A DNA stretch of 64,000 nucleotides from NCBI GenBank assembly GCA_040437565.1, contig JBDOQK010000061.1, positions 1-64,000 on the forward strand, given 5' to 3'. The DNA is from Albugo candida (taxonomy: Eukaryota). The position numbers and the translations under genes were made by a program. The notes beneath the pieces were generated by a model. It was not told where the DNA came from and did not search any database. It saw nothing but the letters and a program-made list of their open reading frames with translations. Shown in pieces: positions 14,104 through 26,859 of the stretch; positions within the stretch are counted from its first letter, which is position 1, and every line of letters begins with the position of its first letter.

Positions 14104-15599
14104 TTTATAGTATTGTGTTTAACAATGGCCTTGTATTTCTCGATGTTAAGGAGCTGCAATCAGGCGATGCTTGCTCTTTACGATGAAAAATGGTACAACC
14201 CGCAATCAGAATAGATTGCATCGAGCTTTGAGCATCTCATATTTTGAGAATGTCCGTGTAGGGAACGCCACCAAAGATGATATGTGGGCATTAAGTCGAT
14301 CCGTAAGGGCTCCCAGGTCACGAGCTCTTAATTCGCTTGCCTTCAATCTCACGTAATTGGTTGACTTGTGAAAGCATATTCCACGACCCGTTTTCGCATC
14401 ATCGCGGCACTTTTAAGCCCGCACCACACTTTCCTTACGCAAACTTCATCATTTAACTGCTTCAATCACTCCATATTCGCAGTATTGTNNNNNNNNNNNN
14501 NNNNNNNNNNNNNNNNNNNNNNNNNNNNNNNNNNNNNNNNNNNNNNNNNNNNNNNNNNNNNNNNNNNNNNNNNNNNNNNNNNNNNNNNTTTCTCGATGTT
14601 AAGGAGCTGCAATCAGGCGATGCTTGCTCTTTACGATGAAAAATGGTACAACCCGCAATCAGAATAGATTGCATCGAGCTTTGAGCATCTCATATTTTGA
14701 GAATGTCCGTGTAGGGAACGCCACCAAAGATGATATGTGGGCATTAAGTCGATCCGTAAGGGCTCCCAGGTCACGAGCTCTTAATTCGCTTGCCTTCAAT
14801 CTCACGTAATTGGTTGACTTGTGAAAGCATATTCCACGACCCGTTTTCGCATCATCGCGGCACTTTTAAGCCCGCACCACACTTTCCTTACGCAAACTTC
14901 ATCATTTAACTGCTTCAATCACTCCATATTCGCAGTATTGTTTGCTCGAAGCACACAAGTCTAAGCAGACAGCGGCGCTTCACAACTATCACTTCGATCT
15001 CCGAATCGCAATTTGAGATGTTTATATGGTGATCGAGGAATAGAAAAGATCTCTACTGGGAGGTGTGGTGAAATGGACATTCGACAGCAAAAATTCACTA
15101 TACTCGGTTTGATGATTAATCCATATTAACAGTGGCGATAAGCCTAGTCTCGAAATCCGTGAGTAAGCAAATTGATGGTTCTTGCTCATAAACTTTTGCG
15201 TTCATGTCTNNNNNNNNNNNNNNNNNNNNNNNNNNNNNNNNNNNNNNNNNNNNNNNNNNNNNNNNNNNNNNNNNNNNNNNNNNNNNNNNNNNNNNNNNNN
15301 NNNNNNNNNTCTCGAAATCCGTGAGTAAGCAAATTGATGGTTCTTGCTCATAAACTTTTGCGTTCATGTCTTGTTGTGATACCTTGTGAGCGCAATTTGA
15401 TCTTTGTCGCAAAAACGCAGCACCAGTTTATTTACATATGCGTAAATAAAGTATTTATGACTTTGATGCAGTACAAATGATGCCTCCATCTCAGTTTCTT
15501 GCAATTATGGTTTGCGATCCTTCGCTGCGCATGCAATAGCTGCTTTACTCGAATCAGAACCACAAAAACGCTAGTCGCGATAGACAAGCTCGGGATTTA

Positions 15600-17740
15600 G
15601 ATAGCGTTGCACGTGGTACACATCAGCGGTGATGGCAAAAGAGCTTGTGATGCTCGATTCAAACCGTTTCCAGTGAGCCTGGATTGTAATTGCCTCGCTG
15701 ATTTTGAGTTTGGGATGATTTTGCACAAGCTGAACGATCTGATGCTATCAATTGGAAATGTTCTTCGGGCAAAATTAAAGTGTGCAAATGCAATTAGAAA
15801 AAACGATTATACTTTTTGCGTTTGTTTACAGTAATGCAGCTTCGCTGTCCACGTAAGGCTTAAATGAAGCTGTGGAGCAGCGACGCAGCGATTTGGATCG
15901 AAAATTCAGTAGACATGTCTAGTTCGTATTGAGCCGGGAGTTTTCACGGTTATCATGTGCCAAAACGTTGTGTGTATTCAGAAAGCACTCGTTTCTGCAA
16001 AATGCGGATCACACCTCCGATACGATGCTAATAAGTCCATTGAGCTCCATTTTTTCTACCTGAGACCCAAAATTTGCGAGAAGTTTGATTAAACCATATT
16101 TAGGAAAACAAATAATAAGTGCGATGAGTATCGTTGAAGGTGATGCTGACTTCTGCCAAAGTCGTCTCCAATTCGCAGCCAGCTCACATTTTGCCATTTC
16201 ATATATATCTTTTATCAAGTCTTGTTGAATGATCTGCACTAAGATTCAATGCCTCCTGCTTTGGGTAAATTTCCATGCGAGCCTGTATACTTGCACTCTT
16301 GCTTGCCATTTCGGCATTGCCGATTTCACTGTTCAGTGGTGCACTTGAAATACCTTCCAAGCTGTTTCTATGCAGGCGATGCCGCTCTTTGATCCAGTTT
16401 ATATTTTTGCTCCTACCGCTTTAATATTGTTGATTCAGCGCGTTCGATTTTCAACGATGCATTTTGGTCAATGTTCAAAGCTGCTGCTGACTGCACGATA
16501 CCGCTATTTACTGATAGAGAAACGGCATTTTTTCCACTACTTTATTCTTTGCGCTTGAAATGAGTGAGGATTGCGTGTTCATTTATTGTCTTTCAAGAAC
16601 TGAAGCATACAAATGTTCCCGCACGTGTACTTTGGGTTAACGCTATAAAGAATCATGTTAAATGAGTTATACGATTGGATAGCAATATACAATAGTTATA
16701 AACTTGGTTGACAAAATTATTTTGGTGGAGAGAAGTTCGTCATAGCAAACGCAATCGATTAGCCAATTCTTATTTCGAAATAACTTCCGCCGACGTCGAT
16801 TTGGCACATCGACTATTTATGCCATTCTAGAGTTTTGCTTGGTGCACGCTTCCAGAAGGGTAGCTTTGCTGTAACTCAACTTATCCTGAAATCCGACATT
16901 GCTTTTTTCCTTTGCCGGCTTCCGAATATTGAACTGAGTTATAAACATGGTTTCGCTGAGCAGGTTCAATATTGCGCTCGATTGCGCTTCGTTAAAGTTT
17001 GGAAAGTGAAGCAGAAGGTCACGAAGAGTCAAATGTGCAATAGTGAGAATGAAATATTCTGCTGTTACTCTAATGATGCCGCTGATGACGATTTGACTTG
17101 AACTCTTTGCCAATCTTATTATCTAAAATGAATCAAAAATGCACATACATGGAGTAGTAATCAACTAACTGATAGTAAGCATGTTGCACAATATATATTC
17201 AAAGCAGCAATAGACTTACGTCCCATCATCATCTTCTTCTGCCTCAAAAAAAAGCCATTGCGTACTGTGTACATCGGCGTTTGATGCGACCATTTCCGTC
17301 ATTACATTCACCACAGGGCACGTTACCTACGCAATAAATGAAATCAATCCCAGATCGCGCTCACTAAACATGGTCCACGCGTTACTCACCGCTCTACCAA
17401 AACTTCGTTGCTTTAGGAGTTTGCAAATCGCTGACTCGGACATGTATTGGCCCTTTCGTTTGATTTCTCGCTTGAGTGTACGCGTCATTGTGATCGATCT
17501 TCCAATGCGATAAAATGCCATATTACTCGTCCAATACGGGTGGACAGTGTAAATGCGATATAAGGTTGCAAGAAATTCATTCGCTGCAAGTATTGACCAC
17601 TCATTTGCTTCCACATGCATCATGTTTGATGCACCTTTGAATCCTGCAAAAGGGTGCTGTGTGAACGAAAGTGAGCACAAGATGAACGTGTCTTGGTGCC
17701 TACTTGCTACTTGAACATTCTTAGCGATGCTTCCTACCAT
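15600..17740 (-). CDS. Possible multi-exon hypothetical gene or decayed gene
   Basis: Three co-oriented protein-like ORF segments (17327-17740, 16817-17113, 16009-16239); no recognisable family; exon structure not resolved. Confidence 0.3.
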
Positions 17741-18491
17741 AACGACAGCTTTGATTTCACTTCAGCGTTCAATAAAAGCGAAGCAATCGAGCGAGGAACA
17801 ACTCCGACCTGAACTTTGATCCGAGGATGGGCTCACTAATGATACTTTGACTCGCAAAGGTTTTCACTCGAGAAAGATTGTAATGGCACGGAATTTGTGA
17901 CGCAAAACGTAGCATGTCTTGCGTCAAGACACATAATACAGCAGCCCCCTACTTATCACTAGCTAACTACTAAGGCGTGGGAGACAAACACCTATCGTAT
18001 AGTGCGACCAGCAAGTGGAAACATGAGGAATCTCAATCAGCTACAGTAACGATGCTTCTGATTATACACTGAAACGTCTGGATCAATTTGACAAATGTAT
18101 GCAGCGGGTGCGTTTGCTTATCCTAACGTGATATCAGGCGAAATCTACGTGCCTGGTCGAGTCACGGATGAACATGCAGGTGGTCAGACATATAGCCTAG
18201 TCTAACGTTGAGGATGGCAAGCGAGCTGTCAAACGATCTTTTCGATCCGTTATCAAAAATTACCTATTACTGAATCCTGCAAATTTGAAATGGATCACTT
18301 CTAGTCGTTTACCAGATATCGGCTATTTGAATGACATGCGATTGAACATGGTACCGGTTCTGACACAGCAGCGAGAGTATCATGATAACAAAATTCTGCC
18401 ACACGGAGGATTATTCAGCATTCAAATCAAACTACGAGGCATGGAACTTTCAGCTCCTGAATCTTGCTGTCTACTGTATTGTATATAACAG

Positions 18492-19964
18492 CTAAATTTG
18501 GACTACGCGGATGTCTCGTTCATTTGGTTCACTCGAAGCGATCAGTGCTTCAGTGAGTTCACTAGAATGCTCACCGGTTCTTCTTTTTAAAATGTCTTCG
18601 TCATCAAAACATTCTTGAAATAGCTGCGCGCGTGTCGAACGCATAGTTTTGGATATAAGCTCACCAAAAAATCGGTAGACAAAGAGACCAAGCATGATCA
18701 AAATCAAACCGAAAATGTCTTTTGACGCCAGTGGTTCATGCCCGGGCATGAAAGGGAATGTGAAAGCTACGTTTCCGAGTGGGACCATAATTGTCATCGC
18801 CTACGTAAGAAAAATGAACTATACATCGCTAGTAATGCAAAGGTATATCGCGTACCAAGTACAATATGTTGGAACTACCGAACTTCAGGATGAAAATGAT
18901 TAGAATATTGTATAGTATGTTGAAAAAAAGGTAGATGGTGACGTATACTGGTGCGCGGCTGCAATCATCAGGATACGGTTCTTCGTATATCGAATTATGA
19001 CCCAAATAACATCGGAAGCCGTTCCATAGATTACTGGGTAGTTCCGAAGGTGATACAGACGGACTTCCAAGCATTGCAATGGGAATTGTCAAAGGCAAGC
19101 AGATGATGAATTGATAAATAGCGACCCAACCATTCAGATAAATCGCATCCATTTCTGCTTCTCCGAGGTGTTTTTCCTTATACACGCTCGACAAACACAT
19201 TGGAATACAACTCAGAATCATTACGAGCGCCCATGCGAACGAGTTACTTGTTTCCAAGTCCAAGAAATCGAATGCTTGCAAATTCGATGCCGCAAGCGAA
19301 AGATTTGGACCAAGCACAATAATAAGTCCGAATGTAACAATACCCGCGCCAAAATATTGAGAATTTGTGTATTGTGTGTGAAGCCATATGCTAGATATGA
19401 CCATGGAAATAGGAATGGCGGCTTGTCCAAGAAGAATCAAAATTGATCCTCCAAGGTAAGTTGCCGCGAACACCTGCAAGATACCAGAGAAGCCATCCAG
19501 CGCACCCATCACGGCGAATGTTTTCTTCGGAATCATCTGCTGCTCCATCGTAATGGACTTTCCATATTTGAGCATTGGAAGAATGTATGCAAAGCTGATG
19601 GGAATCTATGATCACAACAGTATCAATGATACGATCGGCGAGGTGTTTTGTGGCTATGTACATAAATGAAAGTGGTCAAAAGGTTAAGGAACGTTGGATA
19701 ATTCCGCATAGGAATTGTTTGAAGCCTTGAATGAAAATTGGAGCTATAAGCGACACGGAAGGATGAGAGATCGCTAATTCTTACTTTTGGAAAACTAGAA
19801 AATGAAGCAATTACGATGCTGTTATGCGATCATCACTTATATATAAACATACTTTTGTTGCCAAGTCCGATCACAACGAGAGCTACAAACGAAATTGCTA
19901 GTTTTGTCTCACGCTTGGCCAAAAGGTTAGCCTCCATTTTAGGTTCCCTCGCAACTGATTTCAT
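18492..19964 (-). CDS. CRT-like (chloroquine-resistance transporter family, DMT superfamily) membrane transporter, 5 exons
   Basis: Spliced N-terminus GLGNK-IFQK-LQTIPMRNYPTFLNLLTTFIY-IPISFAY; FAVMGALDG; LLGQAAIPISM; CLSSVYKEK; NGWVAIYQF; Cys loop GFRCYLG..DDC; last intron joins ILYL|AMTIMVPLGN. Confidence 0.9.
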
Positions 19965-20016
19965 GGAATCGATTGCTTTATTTAATAAAATAAAAATTCT
20001 TCCTTAAGTTCGAAAA

Positions 20017-21313
20017 ATGGAGCAGATACGCCTGAGCTGGCGCGGCATTGTGTTTCTCTTAGTGTTGCTTGTAACGGGATCTATCGCGCTTTTTGCTGTT
20101 CTGACACCTCTATTTATATTGACATTAGTATCTCGTGCCATTTTACACACGAAAAATCCATTATTCCGAAGAATATATGATTTTTATCGTCAAGCTGCTC
20201 ACACGATGTACGCCCAAAGCTCGGGTAATATGCGGTTCTCTCGGATAAAAAGTTAAAGATTTAATTTGTAGTCAGTGGATGTGGATGGGACTGGTGGTCA
20301 TGCTGATCAAGAATTTGTTTCATACAAAAATATTATGTTTTGGTGATGAGAGCACGAAACAGAATGAAAAAAAGATGATCAACGAACGGGCTCTTTGGCT
20401 TTCCAATCATCGAACAAGAATTGATTGGATGGTACTGTGGTCGTTAGCTCTTGATACGGGAACTCTGGGCCATCTGAAAATCGTTCTTAAACATACTTTG
20501 CGGATGATTCCGGTTTTCGGATGGGCCATGCAGCATTTTATGTTCATCTTTCTGGTCCGTATAGCTATACATCAATGTCTTTCTGTCCTTTAATGTTGTA
20601 TATGCTTAAAGCGCCGTAGTTGGGCTGAGGACAAGAAACAACTATCATTCTTGCTACCGTTTCTTGGGTCATATGAGCCCAATTCCTCCTATCTATTTTT
20701 TCCGGAAGGCAGCGACTTGAGTGAGAAAATGGTTGAGAAGAGCAACGCATTTGCAAAGTCGAAAAATCTCGAAGCACGGCAGTATACTCTACATCCAAGA
20801 ACAAAAGGATTCGCGTTCATAATCGACGAAGTATTTCCTCACTTGGACGCGATATACGATATCACAATGATGTATATTGATCACACAAAAGGCGAGAGAC
20901 CTTCAGAGCTATCGCTTATATCTGGACGGATGCCCAAAGAGGTCTATTTCTACATCGAACGCTTACCCGTCGACTCGCTCCGGTCCGAAATCGGCAACAC
21001 CAAGCGCTTGTCAACGTGGATCGAGTCCAGATTTCAACGCAAAGAGACTACACTGAAAACGTTCTATGAGAAAGCTCATCAACTACCAGAAAATGCGAAA
21101 CCTTTATTCGATGAATACAAAGCTTCAAAGTCGTGGCTTATCCTGTGCTATTGGGTTGGTATCATCGTGTTCCCTTCGATCCTCCTCGTAATGGTCGAGA
21201 TACATATTGTTCTGATGTACATAATGGGAATCTGCGTAGCTTACATCCTGTCAACCTCATTTTTCAATGGAGCGGATAACTTCATTTTTCATATACGACA
21301 AGAGAGCCAGTAA
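20017..21313 (+). CDS. PlsC-family lysophospholipid acyltransferase (LCLAT1/AGPAT-like), 3 exons
   Basis: SNHRTRIDW (NHx4D), KIVLKH.LR.IPVFGWAMQ..FIFL, FPEGSD, HPRTKGF, DAIYDIT, C-terminal TM segments. Confidence 0.92.
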
Positions 21314-21478
21314 TACGATAATGCTGCTCAGTGGGTCATAGATTTTTCAATTTAAGATCTCATCATCATCCGAACGAACCGAAATAATGATCTGATCGCA
21401 CGTGCAGCAAGTTTGCTGCCTGCACGTTCTATGCTCAAGTCGATTTTGGAATAGAGTTTTTGTTATGCATATCCATAG

Positions 21479-21895
21479 TCATAAGCTAATTCCAATGCTT
21501 GTCTGATCTTTCTCATTAATACCTTCCGCTGCCTGACGGAGAATAGTACTCAGTCGATCGATGTCGTCTTGTTGGAAGCGACCCGCACAGTCATCTATGA
21601 GTAGATGGTAATCTACCAGCGCGGTGGGCCAATGGTTGAGTAATTGAAGAATCTCGTTACTGGTCAAATTGAATCTCTCTTCCTTTATTCGAGTCAGCAC
21701 ATTCTGAACAATGTGATTTGTGAACTTGCGTTCCAAAAAGTACGATTTCGATAAGAGTTTCTGTACTTTGTGATTCATCCATGAGCTCTCTGAATGGTTG
21801 GCGCTAGAGATCGTGCGTTCTCGTCGACGATCTTGTAAAACTTCGTAAACTTCATAGTTTGTAAGGGATGCTTCGAATGACATTAACACTTTCAT
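21479..21895 (-). CDS. CRCP: RNA polymerase III subunit RPC9/C17 (Rpb4 family)
   Basis: MKVL....LTNYEVYEVL start and LTSNEILQLLNHWPT.LVDYHLLIDDCAGRF motif; ATG at 21895. Confidence 0.85.
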   Translation of the reverse strand: MKVLMSFEASLTNYEVYEVLQDRRRERTISSANHSESSWMNHKVQKLLSKSYFLERKFTNHIVQNVLTRIKEERFNLTSNEILQLLNHWPTALVDYHLLIDDCAGRFQQDDIDRLSTILRQAAEGINEKDQTSIGISL

Positions 21896-23154
21896 TATTG
21901 CAAATCTCGGGCGCTCGTAACCAATTAATTTTGTCAAGTGATACTACTCGTCGATATATTCTCATCAAATAGGACAAAAGTACACCGCTACTGTAGCTAT
22001 CTGACGGTAGTCAATGGATTAGTTGAGGCAAAACGATCATTGTGCATATCGTTCATGTTCTGAGACATTATGTTCTAACCCTCTTGATGTACACTTACCG
22101 ATATCCGTGCATGTAGCCAACTCAAGCTCGCTTTTTANNNNNNNNNNNNNNNNNNNNNNNNNNNNNNNNNNNNNNNNNNNNNNNNNNNNNNNNNNNNNNN
22201 NNNNNNNNNNNNNNNNNNNNNNNNNNNNNNNNNNNNNCGTCGATATATATTCTCATCAAATAGGACAAAAGTACACCGCTACTGTAGCTTTCTGACGGTA
22301 GTCAATGGATTAGTTGAGGCAAAACGATCATTGTGCATATCGTTCATGTTCTGAGACATTGAGTTCTAACCCTCTTGATGTACACTTACCGATATCCGTG
22401 CATGTAGCCAACTCAAGCTCGCTTTTTACGTTCAGCGCACAAGCTGACTTATTTGGAAATGACTATAGAGTGGCTTGGAATTAAGAACACAATAATGGAC
22501 TGCATACTTCGATTAACGGCTTCACTGATGCATTTTACTAGATCAGTTACTTATCAAGTATTGCTTGCTACCTGTATCACCTACTTATCTTTGCCAACAG
22601 CACCGTGGATGGTTCCTGTAATATCGCGTCCGCTCTTCTCTGCGAATCAATCGAATGATACCCCGGATGAGTCACATTTCCTTATTCGGCGATCGAAAAA
22701 CGCGAAAGAGCAATATTCTCTGTGCTTTTGCTTGTGAACAAATGCAGTACCATTTTCCAAGGTCATGAACCCTGGCGTTGACCGTCGATCATCCTGGTTA
22801 CTTCCCAACTCAACTCGCCTCGGCTTATATTGTCATGTTTGTACCCTACCGTTTCGGATACCAAGCCAGGTGTCAAATCGGTCTCCAATGATCGGCAAAC
22901 TTGCACTCTACATTTTACTGTGCTTGTCTTAAAGTTTCCAGAAATAGACTAAGAATAAATGCAGCGAATGCTACGTTAAGTAAGGCTTGGTCTTCATTGC
23001 AATCAGAGAAGTAATCAAGCTTTGGATTAAGTACTGATAGTCTCAGTCGTATATGTAAAATCGTGCATTGATTACAGATAAACTTCACTTTTTTTCACGA
23101 ATTTGCTATCTAAACTGACCCAGTCACTAACATAACACTTGTGCACTTGACTTA

Positions 23155-23817
23155 TTAAACATATGTATTCACGTCTCCGTTCACATCCTGGTATGACGAT
23201 GTGGTCGGTGTTACAATGGCTTTCATTTTCTTCGGTCCCACTACAGGAGTAATGTACTCTTCGTAAGGCAGGCAGACGGCATTGCATGCCTTCTCATTAT
23301 GAATGTCGCTTTTTGTATTGTCATGGGCATTTCCAACATGCAAGGAACCAACGGATGAGATCAAACACGCAACACTCGTGAGGAAGGTGAAGGTGGTCGA
23401 TACAACCAGCGAGTCACATTCAAAAGAGTCATTGTAGCGGAAGCATTCCGCGCTATAATCAGACATTACAAATATAATTCCAATTGTAAGAAGTAATCCT
23501 GCAAATACGACATCGATAAAAGCTGTTGTACGAGGAGAACACTTAACCAAACAATGATAAAAATCCATGAAAAGGGTCCATATTGAGTATAAAAGAGTAA
23601 AAAGCAATACCACAATCAATGCAATCGCTTCAGAGCAACCACTTGCACGATCGGAATAAACGTGATTCCGTATCCTACGAAATGCCATGGATAATGTCAC
23701 GAGCGCAATAATGCTCGAAAATATCTGCCATATCCGTGCAATAGAGCGGACCCAGGACGCATTCATACTGTCGATTGCATTATGTGCTAAAGATGATAAA
23801 CGGACATCAGTCTGCAT
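23155..23817 (-). CDS. MARVEL-like four-TM membrane protein
   Basis: Four hydrophobic helices, R..Q..FS.IAL start, D....LL...GI, two Cys in the last loop, YEEYITP tail. Confidence 0.75.
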   Translation of the reverse strand: MQTDVRLSSLAHNAIDSMNASWVRSIARIWQIFSSIIALVTLSMAFRRIRNHVYSDRASGCSEAIALIVVLLFTLLYSIWTLFMDFYHCLVKCSPRTTAFIDVVFAGLLLTIGIIFVMSDYSAECFRYNDSFECDSLVVSTTFTFLTSVACLISSVGSLHVGNAHDNTKSDIHNEKACNAVCLPYEEYITPVVGPKKMKAIVTPTTSSYQDVNGDVNTYV

Positions 23818-24203
23818 TGCGTAGACCTCTTTGGGAGTGTTCTCAAATTAAAATGCAAATGCTTTTCTTCGTGAATGCTTTGCATCTCTGAGAAATATTT
23901 ACCAGAATTTTGTTTTGTCGATCGGCTCAAGTCGTTTTCAATCACATGTTTGCTATCTTTTTAGACGTTACAAGAACGTTCAGACTTTACAAGATGCAAA
24001 ACTGACGACAGGAAAGTGAGCTGCTAGGTACAGCTACAAAGATTAGATATTGATCCTTGATCGGATATTTGGCATAATATTAAGTAGACGCGGTTCATTT
24101 TAATTTCGTATAGTTTTAGCGTCGGCAATACTCAGTAGTCATCGAATTACAAGAAATATTCCATGGAGACTTGTTCGTGTTGAAAATGCAAGTGGCAAGT
24201 AAA

Positions 24204-24525
24204 TCAAGGCTTTTCGAGTGTAGTCTTTTTGCTTGGAGGGGGAGCTCGGTGCTGTTGCTGGTATCGATTGGTCCCAACCTGCTGTACGGTTCCGCTTCCC
24301 GGTCGCAATATATTGTCATTGATGTCTTCGGCCGGTATGCGATTTTTGCTCCGTTGCTGAGAAACAAAATAAACGGCTAGAATCACTCCTCCCGCGGCCA
24401 AAACGGCATTACTATATAGCAATCTCAGCTCAGAAGCAAAAGCATCGTAGGCTTGCTACAAACCGGTTTGTTGCGCTTGATACGCGTTTCAGCGCTTGAT
24501 TCTTTGGATTATCGGCTACCACCAT
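24204..24525 (-). CDS. Small single-pass membrane protein (~90 aa, 2 exons)
   Basis: MVVADNPKNQALKRVSSATNR|NAVLAAGGVILAVYFVSQQR... joined in frame by a GT...AG intron. Confidence 0.6.
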
Positions 24526-24941
24526 TGTATATATCCGTGCAATATTATAACAAGAAGAATTTATGGAAGTGACGCCCAAAATGCATCGAATATGCGACCA
24601 TGTCGAGAAAGTGTCACAACTCATGTCGCTTAGTCAATCTGTCTCTTCAGTCGTAACAAGTTATAGTTAAGTTTCATGTGAACATGTGATAGATGTAGGC
24701 GACTCTGGCAGAACGGATTAGCCGGAAAATAGTTTCATTGCAAAAATGACGCCACCACGCGCTTTCGCCAAATAAAGAGATAGAAATACAGCATACTTAA
24801 AGCCGTAGCACTCACAAATGTATTGAATGTCCTTGTTCATCCAGTTAGGATACGCAGGAGACCCGTCATTGGTCACACGATTTAAATAACACCCAACCAA
24901 TTTGTGATTTCAGACAGCTAATCGCTTTGTATGCGGCAAAG

Positions 24942-26457
24942 ATGACGCAATGTACTCCTATCGGCTCAACTTGTTGCGATAAAAGAGCGCATACGGAAAA
25001 AGTTCTGAAACGAGATCATCACGTTCAATTTACATCTAGTGCAGTGGTAGAATTCAAGCACGATCTACCATCCAATGTCCGCAGTGGCCTCCATACTGCA
25101 ATCTACTTTTCATTTCATACTATCTACTCTAGGTCGCAGCTTGCTAATTTTGACCGAGATTGGCGTCAAGAATGGATCGCCCGTGGCAACCCTATAGAAA
25201 ACTTTGAGAGATGGAAGATATTTCGGGAGTACGCAAAGGATCTGAGCGTCAGTTTGGGAGGTCTAGTGGTGCCGCAAGGTATTTATCTGAAGGGAGACAT
25301 ATCAGAAGCACTATCTGCGTTGATTTTATTCAATTGGCTTCAGCTTCAGACAAGCTTGATAAAATACCTTCACCTTTCAACAGTCTGCAATGTATCTCTG
25401 CCAAAAGTCTCCACGTTCGACATTGTGCCTCATTTTGAAAAGCTTGAACAAGAGAACAGGCGGCACGTACCCGAGTGTCTATTCAAAGAAGCTGATATCA
25501 ATAATGCGAGCCGTCAGGCAATTCGATCCTAGCTTAAGCAAACATTTCTGATCCGTGAGGGTAGCGAGACTATGATCGACTTCTTAGCATCAACAAGCCA
25601 GCGAATCGAGCAACTACAATCTGAAATTGATATTCTGTCAATGAAATTAAGACTTGAGCAAGTACCAAGCGTATTTGGAGTCGAAGGGTATGCCTTCGGT
25701 CGTAAATGGCTTTCTGTCGCAGAATATTTGAAAATTCTTTCTGTTGAAGACCTACTGGTACTAATACAAGAACGGGACCTCAACGTTGCTACAAAATCGC
25801 ATAACTCAGTGAACAATGCCTTAATCAAGGTTACTAGTGATGAGTTGGTGGCAACTCATGAATTATTTGCGGGAAAACCTTTGAAGCTAATGAGTCTCAA
25901 GGAACTCAAGATGGAAGCACATCTTCGCAATTTAGCACCGAAAGAGAAGCATATACAACGCAAAACCCTCTATGCGATGAACGAGCAGAAAAATCAGCGC
26001 GTGCTCGAGAAGAAGAGAATCAAACGCGGGCTGAAGAAGAGGAACAGGAATGTCTGGATCAGTTTACTTCATGTATGATTCTACTGTCCATCCTTAAATC
26101 GGTAGCTCTCGATTTACATCTCTTTTCAATGCAGCCGGTAATGAAACGTGAAGTTATATTATCAAAGCAGTACGAGTTTCTGCACGCAAAATTGTGTCAT
26201 ACATTAGAGGGTAAGGACCTCGCATGAAGCTGAAATAGGTAGTCTGACGATTAGCTGCAGATTCATTGGAACGAGAGCTTTTGATGCGAAGGAATATGGA
26301 GTTAAGCAAGCTGATTAAGCTGATCTCGAATGAACTGGGACTAACTACACCACAGTCTGCTCTCGATGATTTTGATGCGCTGTTCCAAAATTTCTGTATT
26401 CAGTTGCAGTCTCACCACTTCTTTCTTCCAGTCAACGTATCTGATCAAATAATGTGA
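24942..26457 (+). CDS. Hypothetical multi-exon protein with a possible SAP-like motif
   Basis: Three track ORFs join via GT-AG introns (25467-25532, ~26073-26133, ~26210-26260); LKLMSLKELKMEAHLRNL resembles a SAP helix. Confidence 0.65.
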
Positions 26458-26859
26458 TTTTTTGATACGAGACAAAGAACAAACTTCTCACAATAGCAGC
26501 CATGATTAGTCAATTCTTCAGCCTCAACAATAAAGAGAGAACGCGCTGGTTCATCTTCGATATCCGACATTATTTGACAAGTTTTTTCACCATGATCAAT
26601 TTATGAGCAAACAAAATACCATTTGACACACACGAAAGGATCACTTGTTGCAAAACTTTGTTCAGGTCTGATTGGTGCAAGTGTCTTCTGAACCGTGGCA
26701 CGATGATTTGTGTGCAAATTTCCTGCTCCAATTCTCAGTTGCTTCATGGCCAAAAGCGTCATAAGGCCCGCGTATGTCTGGGGTTCTACAAGGTGTAGCC
26801 CGAATCGGTCAAGTTTTTGGCATTGAATGTCTACATGAAGAAATAGGAATAGTTGAGTA

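Noticed and set aside
14125-15010. Gene divergent from SMYD with an ATG 21 bp away
   Set aside because: No coherent spliced ORF or known motif could be built, and the region is duplicated across a gap.
25530-25532. In-frame TAG between two ORFs, suggesting read-through or recoding
   Set aside because: Explained by a phase-0 66-nt GT...AG intron (25467-25532) whose acceptor is this TAG.
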